Source of the DNA: an uncultured Solirubrobacterales bacterium
GTDB taxonomy: Bacteria > Actinomycetota > Thermoleophilia > Solirubrobacterales > Solirubrobacteraceae
Length of the DNA stretch: 64,000 nucleotides
Assembly (NCBI GenBank): GCA_963756655.1
Contig: CAVWOQ010000038.1
Coordinates: 7,178 to 71,177 of the forward strand
Direction: 5' to 3'
Positions 56,340 to 64,000 of this stretch are shown here, piece after piece. Within the stretch, counting starts at the first letter, position 1. Each line of letters starts with the position of its first letter. The notes beneath the pieces are model-generated. The model was given only the letters and a program-made list of their open reading frames with translations. It ran no database searches and was not told the DNA's origin. Position numbers and translations under genes: made by a program.

Positions 56340-57392
56340 TCAGCGGGCGGCGGCCGTCCCGACCACGGGCGCGGCTTCGACGGCCAGCTTGTGGAGCGCG
56401 TCGGCGACCTCGGCCGGGCGCTCGATCGGCGACATGTGGCCGGTCCGTTCGAGCTCGATCAGCCCCGCCGGACGGGGCAGCGTGTCGGCGATCCGCCTCG
56501 CGTGCGCCGGCGGCGTCAGGCGATCGTCGCTGCCGGCGATCACGAGCGTCGGCACCGTGATCCGCGCCACCGCCCGCCACAGATCCATGTGCGAGATCGC
56601 GATCCCGGTCGCGGCCCGCACCTTGGGCGGGCACTCGATCAGCATCCGCTCGTAGAACGCCACCTGACCGGCGGTGGCATCCGGTCCGAACGCGATGTGA
56701 CGGATCAGCGTGTGCGCGAGCGGGGACGAGAACGAGGGCAGAGGAGCGCGCGACCCCATCATCAGGCGACCGACGAACGGGCTGCTGAAGCGTGCCGTGA
56801 GGCCACCGAGCAGCAGCTGGCCGCTGACGAGGTCGCCGAGGCCTGTGTTGAGCATCGCGGCGGCCCGCGCGCGGCGCTCGACCTCGTGGCGCTCCGCCCA
56901 GGCGGCGATCGACATCGCGCCGAGCGAATGGCCGGCGATCACCGCGCGCTGTCCGTCGCCGACGACGGCGGCCAGCACCGCTTCGAGGTCATCGCCGTAG
57001 CGAGCGAGCGAATAGTCGCCGCCGGCGGCGGGCCCGCTGCGGCCGTGACCGCGCAGGTCGTAGGCCACAAGACGGCATCCCCGCCCGCGCAGGAGCCTGA
57101 TCACCGGCCGCCAGAACGACAGCTGCTCAGTCCAGCCGTGGACGAGAAGCACTACGGCCTGGTCGTCGGCGCCGAACGACTCAACGTGCAGATCGGTGCC
57201 GTCGCTTGACCGGACCGGCAGCACGTCGCCGTCGAGCGGGGCGGTCAGACGCACGTACTCGGGATCGCGCGCGATCGAATGCGCGTGCCGGCGCTGGAGC
57301 GCGATTCCGGCGCCCGCCCCGACGGCGGCCGCCGAGAGCGTCAGCGCGCGTCCGGTCAGCCTGCGCCTGCGCTCAGGGGTCTCGGAAGCCAT
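56340..57392 (-). CDS. Alpha/beta hydrolase with N-terminal anchor
   Basis: VHGWTE, YDLRGHGRS, GHSLG, GSDDRLTP, GHMSPIE. Confidence 0.88.
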   Translation of the reverse strand: MASETPERRRRLTGRALTLSAAAVGAGAGIALQRRHAHSIARDPEYVRLTAPLDGDVLPVRSSDGTDLHVESFGADDQAVVLLVHGWTEQLSFWRPVIRLLRGRGCRLVAYDLRGHGRSGPAAGGDYSLARYGDDLEAVLAAVVGDGQRAVIAGHSLGAMSIAAWAERHEVERRARAAAMLNTGLGDLVSGQLLLGGLTARFSSPFVGRLMMGSRAPLPSFSSPLAHTLIRHIAFGPDATAGQVAFYERMLIECPPKVRAATGIAISHMDLWRAVARITVPTLVIAGSDDRLTPPAHARRIADTLPRPAGLIELERTGHMSPIERPAEVADALHKLAVEAAPVVGTAAAR

Positions 57393-57471
57393 CGCGCAAG
57401 AACCGTACATGCCCCCCGGGTGGGGGTGATCCCGGGGCCGCGTCGATCGGGGGCTACGCTGCCACGTAGGA

Positions 57472-58509
57472 TTGCCGCCAGTGCGGCTCGGATTGCTTAC
57501 CGGAGGCGGCGATTGCCCTGGACTGAACGCGGTCATCCGGGCGGTCGTACGCAAGGGAATCGACGTCCACGGCGACGAGTTCGTCGGCTTTCGCGACGGC
57601 TGGCGCGGGGTGCTCGACGACGTCTGGGATGAGCTGACGATCGAGTCGACGCGCGGGATCCTCCCTCGCGGCGGGACGATCCTCGGCAGCTCGAGAACCA
57701 ATCCGGACAAGCGCGAGGGCGGCACTGAGCTGGTCCGGCAGACGCTCGAGCGCCACGGCCTCGACGGCATGATCGCGATCGGCGGCGAGGACACACTCGG
57801 CGCCGCGAACCGGCTCGGTCAGGCGGGGATCAAGGTGATCGGGGTCCCGAAGACGATCGACAACGACCTCGGCGCGACCGACGTGACGTTCGGGTTCGAC
57901 ACGGCGCTGCACGTCGCGAGCGAAGCGATCGACCGGCTCCACACGACCGCCGAGAGCCACCATCGCAACCTGGTGGTCGAGGTGATGGGGCGCAACGCGG
58001 GCTGGATCGCGCTGCATTCCGGGATCGCCGGCGGCGCCGACGTGATCCTGATTCCGGAGATCCCGTTCGACATCAGCGAGGTCTGCCGGCTGATCGAGCG
58101 CCGGCACGCGCGCGGGCGGTATTTCGCGATCGTCGTCGTCGCCGAGGGTGCGCAGCCGATCGAGGGGACGATGAGCGTAACTACCGGCGAACTGGATGAG
58201 TTCGGTCACCCGCGGCTGGGCGGCATCGGCCAGCGGCTCGAGAAGGAGATCGAACGGCGGACCGGGTTCGAGACGCGCGCCACGGTGCTCGGTCACGTCC
58301 AGCGCGGCGGCACCCCGACGGCCTTTGATCGAGTGCTCGCGACCCGCCTCGGGCTGGCCGCGATCGACGCCGCCCACGAGGGCCGCTGGGGATCGATGAC
58401 CGCCCTGCGTTCGACCCAGATCGAGCTCGTCGCGCTCGCCGACGCGGTCGCCGAGGTTCGCCGGGTGCCGGTCGAGGAGTACGAGCGCTATGGGGTGTTG
58501 TTCGGTTGA
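57472..58509 (+). CDS. pfkA: 6-phosphofructokinase, group III; PPi-type signature residues
   Basis: TGGGDCPGLNA, IGGEDT, PKTIDND, VEVMGR, GHVQRGG. Confidence 0.93.
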   Translation: MPPVRLGLLTGGGDCPGLNAVIRAVVRKGIDVHGDEFVGFRDGWRGVLDDVWDELTIESTRGILPRGGTILGSSRTNPDKREGGTELVRQTLERHGLDGMIAIGGEDTLGAANRLGQAGIKVIGVPKTIDNDLGATDVTFGFDTALHVASEAIDRLHTTAESHHRNLVVEVMGRNAGWIALHSGIAGGADVILIPEIPFDISEVCRLIERRHARGRYFAIVVVAEGAQPIEGTMSVTTGELDEFGHPRLGGIGQRLEKEIERRTGFETRATVLGHVQRGGTPTAFDRVLATRLGLAAIDAAHEGRWGSMTALRSTQIELVALADAVAEVRRVPVEEYERYGVLFG

Positions 58510-58602
58510 GGCCGGTAGGTTCACGGCAACGACTGTTTTGAAACGAGCCGTTATGACTATGCTGCTTTTCGTTGCAGTGCCAACCACCACAGCTCTCACG
58601 CC

Positions 58603-60630
58603 GTGACAGCGATTTCTGAGACCACTGATCTCGACCAGCTGTGCGTGGACACGATCCGCACGCTGTCGATGGACGCCGTCCAGAAGGCGAACTCGGGCCA
58701 CCCGGGAGCGCCGATGGGGCTGGCGCCGCTCGCCTATGTCCTCTACACGCGGGTGATGCGTCACAACCCGTCCGACCCTGACTGGCTGGACCGCGACCGC
58801 TTCATCCTGTCGGCCGGGCACGCCTCGATGCTGCTGTATTCGATGCTGTACCTGACGGGTTATCCGATGACGCTCGAGGACATCAAGCACTTCCGTCAGG
58901 TCGGCTGGCCGACGGCCGGGCATCCCGAACGCAAGTACAGCCCCGGCATCGAGGCGACCACCGGACCGCTGGGCCAGGGGATCTCGATGTCGGTCGGGAT
59001 CGCGCTCGCCGAACACATGCTCGCGGCCCGCTTCAACCGCGACGGGCACGACATCATGGACCACTACACGTTCGTGATCGCATCCGACGGCGACATGCAG
59101 GAGGGCGTCGCCTCCGAGGCGTCGTCGCTGGCCGGGCACCTCGGCCTCGGCCGCCTGATCGTCTTCTACGACGACAACAAGGTGCAGCTCGCGGGTCCGA
59201 CGTCGCAGTCATTCTCCGAAGACGTCGCCGAGCGCTATGACGCCTACCACTGGCACGTCGAGAACGTCGGCGACGACATGTCGCTCGACCGGCTCGAGCA
59301 GGCAGCGCGGACGGCGATGGAGATCGAGGATCGGCCGTCGCTGATCCTTGTGCGCTCGCACATCGGCTACGGGAGCCCGCACAAGCAGGACACATCGGCC
59401 GCGCACGGCTCGCCGCTGGGCGAGGAGGAGGTGCGCCTCACCAAAGAGGCCTACGGCTGGGACCCCGACAAGCACTTTTACGTGCCCGACGAAGCGCTCG
59501 CCCACTTCCGGCGCTGCTGCGAGCGTGGGCGCGAGCTCGAATCCGAGTGGGACGCACGCTTCGATGCCTATCGCGAGGAGTTCCCCGAGGAGGCCGCGAA
59601 GCTCGAGTTGATCGACGCCGGCGAGCTGCCCGCCGGCTGGGATGCGGGCCTGCCGCGCTTCTCGCCCGACGACGACCCAGTCGCGACCCGCAAGGCGTCG
59701 GGCGAGGTGATCCAGTGGGCCGCCAGGGCGATCCCGTACCTGATCGGCGGCTCCGCCGACCTCGCCACCTCGACCAACACCGACATCGAGGGCGGCGGCG
59801 ACGTCGAGAAGGGCCAGTACGCGGGTCGCAATCTTCGCTTCGGCGTGCGCGAACACGCGATGGGCGCGATCGTCAACGGCCTCGGGCTGCACGGCTTCCG
59901 GGCCTTCGGCGCGACCTTCCTGACCTTCTCTGACTACATGCGCGGAGCAATCCGTCTGTCAGCGCTGCAGAAGCTGCCGTCGATCTGGATCTACACGCAC
60001 GACTCGATCGGGCTGGGCGAGGATGGGCCGACCCATCAGCCGATCGAGCAGCTCGCAGGGCTGCGCGCGATCCCGCGGCTGAACGTGGTCCGTCCCGCCG
60101 ACGCAAACGAGACGGCGCTCGGCTGGCGCTTTGCGCTGCGCAGCAGCGAGGCCCCGACTGCGTTCGCGCTGTCGCGCCAGAATCTCCCGATCCTCGACCC
60201 CGACGCGGTGCCCGACGACGCGATCGAGCGCGGCGCGTACGTCCTGCGCGATGCGGAGGGGGGCGATCCGGAGCTGATCCTGATCGGCACCGGGTCCGAG
60301 GTGTCGCTCTGCGTGCAGGCGGCCGACTTGCTTGACGGGATCCGCGTGCGGGTCGTCAGCATGCCGTGCATGGACACCTTCACGGTCGCCGACGAGGCCT
60401 ACCGGGAGCAGGTGCTTCCGTCTTCGTGCGCCGCGAGGGTCGCGGTCGAGGCCGCCAGCCCGTTCGGCTGGGACAAGTGGATCGGGCCTGGGGGAGCCTT
60501 CCTGGGGATGACGACGTTCGGCGAATCGGGCCCGGCCAAGGATGTCTATGAGCACTTCGGCATCACCGCCGAGCACGCCGCGGAGCTGGGGCGCGAGGCC
60601 GTGGAGCGAGCGCGGCGAGCCGGCCCGTGA
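58603..60630 (+). CDS. tkt: Transketolase
   Basis: SGHPG, RDRFILSAGH, TGPLGQG, GDMQEG, FGVREHAM, THDSIGLGEDGPTHQPIEQ. Confidence 0.97.
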   Translation: MTAISETTDLDQLCVDTIRTLSMDAVQKANSGHPGAPMGLAPLAYVLYTRVMRHNPSDPDWLDRDRFILSAGHASMLLYSMLYLTGYPMTLEDIKHFRQVGWPTAGHPERKYSPGIEATTGPLGQGISMSVGIALAEHMLAARFNRDGHDIMDHYTFVIASDGDMQEGVASEASSLAGHLGLGRLIVFYDDNKVQLAGPTSQSFSEDVAERYDAYHWHVENVGDDMSLDRLEQAARTAMEIEDRPSLILVRSHIGYGSPHKQDTSAAHGSPLGEEEVRLTKEAYGWDPDKHFYVPDEALAHFRRCCERGRELESEWDARFDAYREEFPEEAAKLELIDAGELPAGWDAGLPRFSPDDDPVATRKASGEVIQWAARAIPYLIGGSADLATSTNTDIEGGGDVEKGQYAGRNLRFGVREHAMGAIVNGLGLHGFRAFGATFLTFSDYMRGAIRLSALQKLPSIWIYTHDSIGLGEDGPTHQPIEQLAGLRAIPRLNVVRPADANETALGWRFALRSSEAPTAFALSRQNLPILDPDAVPDDAIERGAYVLRDAEGGDPELILIGTGSEVSLCVQAADLLDGIRVRVVSMPCMDTFTVADEAYREQVLPSSCAARVAVEAASPFGWDKWIGPGGAFLGMTTFGESGPAKDVYEHFGITAEHAAELGREAVERARRAGP

Positions 60631-62174
60631 GTACCGCCCAGGACCTGGGAACGCTTTCTGACGAGAATCCGCTCGTCGCGGGACTGGAGCGCCAACCGGT
60701 CCGCCCGACGTCACTGGTGATCTTCGGCGCGACCGGCGACCTCGCGCATCGCAAACTGCTGCCGGCGCTCTACAACCTCGCGCACGAGGGACAGCTGCCC
60801 GAGCGTTTCGAGATGATCGGGGTCGGGCGGCGCGATCAGGAGCACGACGACTTCCGGCATGCCGTGACCGACTCGATCGAGCGCTACTCGCGTCGCGAGC
60901 CAGATCGCAACGTGCTCGAGGGCCTACTCGACGATATGCGCTACGTGCAGGGGCAGTTCGACGACGACGCGGCCTACGCGGAGCTGGAGCGGACGCTGAC
61001 CGAGTTCGACGAGCAGGCCGGCGGCACGCTCGATCGCATCTTCTACCTGTCGACGGCGCCGGAGTTCTTTCCGCTGATCGCCGGCAAGCTCGGCGCCGCC
61101 GGGCTCGAAAAGGCCGCCGGCGCGAACGTCCGGATCGTGATCGAGAAGCCGTTCGGCTACGACCTCGCCTCCGCCCGCAAGCTCAACGCGGAGCTGCTCG
61201 AGGTGTTCGAGGAGGCGCAGATCTTCAGGATCGACCACTACCTGGGCAAGGAGACGGTCCAGAACCTGATGGCGCTGCGGTTCGCCAACTCGCTGTTCGA
61301 GCCGGTCTGGAACCGCAACTACATAGACCACGTTCAGATCACTGCCGCCGAGGACATCGGGATCGAGGGGCGTGCCGGCTACTACGAGCGCGCCGGCGCG
61401 CTCCGCGATCTCGTCCAGAACCACATGATGCAACTGCTGGCGCTGCTGGCGATGGAGCCGCCGACCGCGTTCGACGCCGACCGCGTGCGCGACGAGAAGC
61501 TGAAGGTGCTCGAGGCGATCGTGCCGCCCGAAGTCGATCAGGTCGCCTCGATGGCGGTCCGCGCGCAGTACGGACCAGGCGTCGTCGGCGGCGTGCACGT
61601 GCCCGGCTATCGCGAGGAGAAAGGCGTCGCGCCCGACTCGCGGACGCCGACCTACGCCGCGCTGAGGCTGCACGTCTCCAACTGGCGCTGGGCCGGGGTC
61701 CCGTTCTACCTGCGGACCGGCAAGCGTCTGGCGCGCAAGCTGACCGAGATCGCCGTGATCCTCAAGCCGGTCCCGCACATCGCATTTCAGAGCTCGGGCT
61801 CGGTCGGGATCCAGGCCAACCAGATCGTGTTCACGCTCCAGCCCGATGAGGGCGTGTCGGTCTCGATCGGCGCCAAGATCCCTGGCCCGCGGATGCGGAT
61901 CCGCCCGGTCAACATGGAGTTCCGCTACGGAACCTCGTTCCTGTCGCAGTCGCCCGAGGCCTATGAGCGGCTGATCCTCGACGCGATGCGCGGCGACGCG
62001 ACGCTGTTCACGCGCAACGACGAGATCGAGGCGCTGTGGGGCGTGATCGACCCGATCCTGGTCGCCTGGGAAGAGGACCAGACATCGCCGATCCCACAGT
62101 ACGAGTCCGGCTCATCAGGCCCCGAAGAGGCCGACCGGCTGACCGAGGACGGGCGGGTCTGGCGGCGGCTGTGA
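60627..62174 (+). CDS. zwf: Glucose-6-phosphate 1-dehydrogenase
   Basis: FGATGDL, IEKPFG, RIDHYLGKE, RDLVQNH, GVPFYLRTGK. Confidence 0.97.
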   Translation: MSTAQDLGTLSDENPLVAGLERQPVRPTSLVIFGATGDLAHRKLLPALYNLAHEGQLPERFEMIGVGRRDQEHDDFRHAVTDSIERYSRREPDRNVLEGLLDDMRYVQGQFDDDAAYAELERTLTEFDEQAGGTLDRIFYLSTAPEFFPLIAGKLGAAGLEKAAGANVRIVIEKPFGYDLASARKLNAELLEVFEEAQIFRIDHYLGKETVQNLMALRFANSLFEPVWNRNYIDHVQITAAEDIGIEGRAGYYERAGALRDLVQNHMMQLLALLAMEPPTAFDADRVRDEKLKVLEAIVPPEVDQVASMAVRAQYGPGVVGGVHVPGYREEKGVAPDSRTPTYAALRLHVSNWRWAGVPFYLRTGKRLARKLTEIAVILKPVPHIAFQSSGSVGIQANQIVFTLQPDEGVSVSIGAKIPGPRMRIRPVNMEFRYGTSFLSQSPEAYERLILDAMRGDATLFTRNDEIEALWGVIDPILVAWEEDQTSPIPQYESGSSGPEEADRLTEDGRVWRRL

Positions 62175-63226
62175 CCGAGGATGTCTGGTTCGAGCAGGAC
62201 ACCAACCCGGACGCGATCGAGGCGGCGCTGCGGCGGTTGCTGTTCCGCCGCCACGCCGAGAACGAGGCGCTCGTCCCCGCCCGGGTCCTGAACCTGGTGG
62301 TGATCGTCGACCGCGACTGGAAGGGGGAGATCACCAACCGGCTCGAGCGCGTCGGCCGCTACCAGGCGTCGAGGACCGTGCTGTGCGCCGTCGAGGAGGG
62401 CCGCACGCAACTCGATGCGGTCGCGACCGTGAGCTACGAGGAGCCGGGTGCCGGCACCATCGGGGTTGTCCGCGAGCACGTCGAGATCGACCTCGGTCCC
62501 GAGCACCTCGCAGCGCTCGAGACGGTCATCGACCCGGTGCTCGCAGCGGGCATGCCCACGATCGCGTGGTCGCCGCACGGCCACGACGACGCGATCCGCC
62601 GGATCCTGCCGCTGATCGACGTGATCCTGCTCGACTCCGACGATCTGCCGAACCCGGGCGATGCGTTTGCGCGCGCCGGCGACCTCTCTGGACACGCCTA
62701 CATCGTCGATCTCGCGTGGCTGCGCACGACGCCGTGGCGCGAACGGCTGGCGGCGGGCTTTGACCTACCGGTCCGCAAGCCCTCCCTGCGCCGCGTCGGG
62801 GCGGTCGACATCTGCTACCGGGAGCACTCGACGGCCAGCGGGCTGCTGTTGACGGGATGGTTGGCGTCGCGTCTTGGCTGGGATGGCTCGCCACTCGCGG
62901 ACGAGGGCGGCGGGCGGCTGCACGGGTCGCTGCGTCGTGAGGGCGGCGAGGTGGCGGTCTCGATGCGAACGCTCGAGCAGGCGGCGCCGGGACTCGGCGG
63001 CGTCACCGTTGGCTCGGACCGCGGTGCGTCGCTGTCGCTGCAGCGCGGCGAGGGCGGACTCAACGCGACCGAGCGGCTGATCGACGGCACGACCCGGGAG
63101 TGGAAGATCCTGGGCGCGTCGCGGGGCGAAGGCGGGATCCTCGGCGAGGGCGTCCGGCAGGCGCTGCTGCGCGACCCGACCTACCGGCCGGCGCTCGATG
63201 CCGCGCGGGAGCTGTGCCCGGCGTGA
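62171..63226 (+). CDS. opcA: G6PDH assembly protein OpcA
   Basis: Lies between zwf and pgl; VLNLVV, DLAWLRTTPWR, LTGWLASRLGW. Confidence 0.85.
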   Translation: MTEDVWFEQDTNPDAIEAALRRLLFRRHAENEALVPARVLNLVVIVDRDWKGEITNRLERVGRYQASRTVLCAVEEGRTQLDAVATVSYEEPGAGTIGVVREHVEIDLGPEHLAALETVIDPVLAAGMPTIAWSPHGHDDAIRRILPLIDVILLDSDDLPNPGDAFARAGDLSGHAYIVDLAWLRTTPWRERLAAGFDLPVRKPSLRRVGAVDICYREHSTASGLLLTGWLASRLGWDGSPLADEGGGRLHGSLRREGGEVAVSMRTLEQAAPGLGGVTVGSDRGASLSLQRGEGGLNATERLIDGTTREWKILGASRGEGGILGEGVRQALLRDPTYRPALDAARELCPA

Positions 63227-63942
63227 CGCTGTCGCTGGAGGTCGTCGAGGACCCGGCGCGCGCGGCCGCAGCGATGATGATCAGCGCGGCGCTCGGCGGC
63301 GGGCAGATCGTGCTGGCCGGCGGCACGACGCCGCGGGCGGCCAACGAACAGTTCGTCGACGCGGTGCGCGCGGTCGGCCTCGACGTGTCTTCGACCACGT
63401 TCTGGATCGGCGATGAGCGGTGCGTCGGTCCCGACGACGAGCTCGCCAACTTCAAGATGATCAGCGAGTCGCTGATCGAGCCGCTGGCTGGATTGGCAGC
63501 GCTCGACGTGCGCCGGATCAAGGGCGAGCTCGGGCCCGAGGCCGCCGCCGACGACTACGAGCAGCAGCTGCACGCCGCCGGGGCGCCCGAGTTCGATCTG
63601 GTGATGCTGGGTCTAGGGGCCGACGGGCATACGGCGTCGCTGTTCCCGGACCAGCCCTCGCTCGCCGAGCGCGAGCGGCTGGTGGTCGGCGTGCCCGAGG
63701 CGGGGCTGCAGCCGTTCGTACCGCGCGTGACGCTGACGATTCCGGCGCTGACCGCCTGCAAGCAGATCGTTTTTCTCGCCGAGGGCGACTCGAAGGCCGA
63801 TGCGATCGCGGCGGCGTTCGGGCCCGACGCGAAGCCCAACCCGCACGTGCCAGCGTCGCTGCTCGTCCCCGATGCCGAGGAGCTGATCGTGCTGATGGAC
63901 CGCGCCGCCGCCGCCAAGGTGACGCCGGGGGACGGGTCGTGA
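63223..63942 (+). CDS. pgl: 6-phosphogluconolactonase
   Basis: LAGGTTP, GDERCV, LGLGADGHTASLFP, RVTLT. Confidence 0.93.
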   Translation: MTLSLEVVEDPARAAAAMMISAALGGGQIVLAGGTTPRAANEQFVDAVRAVGLDVSSTTFWIGDERCVGPDDELANFKMISESLIEPLAGLAALDVRRIKGELGPEAAADDYEQQLHAAGAPEFDLVMLGLGADGHTASLFPDQPSLAERERLVVGVPEAGLQPFVPRVTLTIPALTACKQIVFLAEGDSKADAIAAAFGPDAKPNPHVPASLLVPDAEELIVLMDRAAAAKVTPGDGS

Positions 63943-64000
63943 CCGAGGTAATCGGCGTCGACCTGGGTGGCACCAAGGTCGCGTTGGCCCGCCTGCGTGA
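63939..64000 (+). CDS. ROK family sugar kinase (glucokinase-like), 3'-truncated by the window edge
   Basis: VTEVIGVDLGGTKVA. Confidence 0.75.
   Translation, partial: MTEVIGVDLGGTKVALARLR

Noticed and set aside
58525-58565. AT-rich stretch with GTTT-TG-AAAC upstream of tkt as a sugar-regulator operator
   Set aside because: The arms are only 4 bp and there is no second copy or cognate regulator in the window; it may just be promoter sequence.
1-64000. Many long antisense or alternate-frame ORFs in the track (e.g. 48270-49685 +, 57454-59139 -, 53237-54571 +, 15188-16246 -)
   Set aside because: Shadow ORFs expected at this GC content; they overlap well-supported genes and have R/A/G/P-rich, motif-free translations.
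1-64000. CRISPR arrays, rRNA, tRNA, IS elements, prophage
   Set aside because: No regularly spaced repeats, RNA-gene signatures, transposase/integrase motifs or phage structural genes were seen; the holin-like gene lies in a stress operon.

Overview
A GC-rich, gene-dense window that looks actinobacterial. The F420-dependent LLM enzyme, QcrCAB, GpgS, OpcA and Nur-like regulator point that way; a Thermoleophilia/Solirubrobacterales origin is my inference. No rRNA, tRNA, CRISPR array, transposase or integrase was recognised. Much of 1-51 kb looks like a general-stress region. It holds a SigB/F/G-type sigma factor and eleven matches to a GT(T/G)N-N14-16-GGG(T/C/A)A(G/A/C/T) promoter motif, six of them 9-10 nt upstream of a start codon. 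It also holds a TPP enzyme/gluconate-2-DH subunit 3/GMC/enolase cluster, SDR+GH15, a caa3-type oxidase + qcrCAB + ctaG operon, an Mrp-like E-F-G-DUF4040-B-C-D cluster without mrpA, DUF3618/DUF892/PfpI genes, and a deacetylase/ACAD/NodS/reductase/GT2-GpgS operon. The right end is a glycolysis/pentose-phosphate cluster (gnd, pgi, pfk, tkt, zwf, opcA, pgl, start of a ROK kinase). Best leads: (1) a putative metal (probably copper) handling unit at 22.7-26.3 kb, made of a His-bearing membrane ORF with an RGPP arrest-like motif, a duplicated DoxD-like membrane protein, a P19-family lipoprotein with Met in place of the acidic iron ligands, and a Tat-exported DyP-like protein without the catalytic Asp; (2) a ykkC-motif riboswitch with subtype-2-like rather than guanidine-I signatures, controlling an EamA/DMT transporter via a visible anti-SD hairpin; (3) a Nur-like regulator keeping only the Ni-site histidines beside a NiCoT permease; (4) an oxidase subunit I lacking the K-channel lysine. 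About nine small frameshifts in otherwise intact genes most likely reflect sequencing indels. All family assignments come from motif recognition by eye, not database searches.
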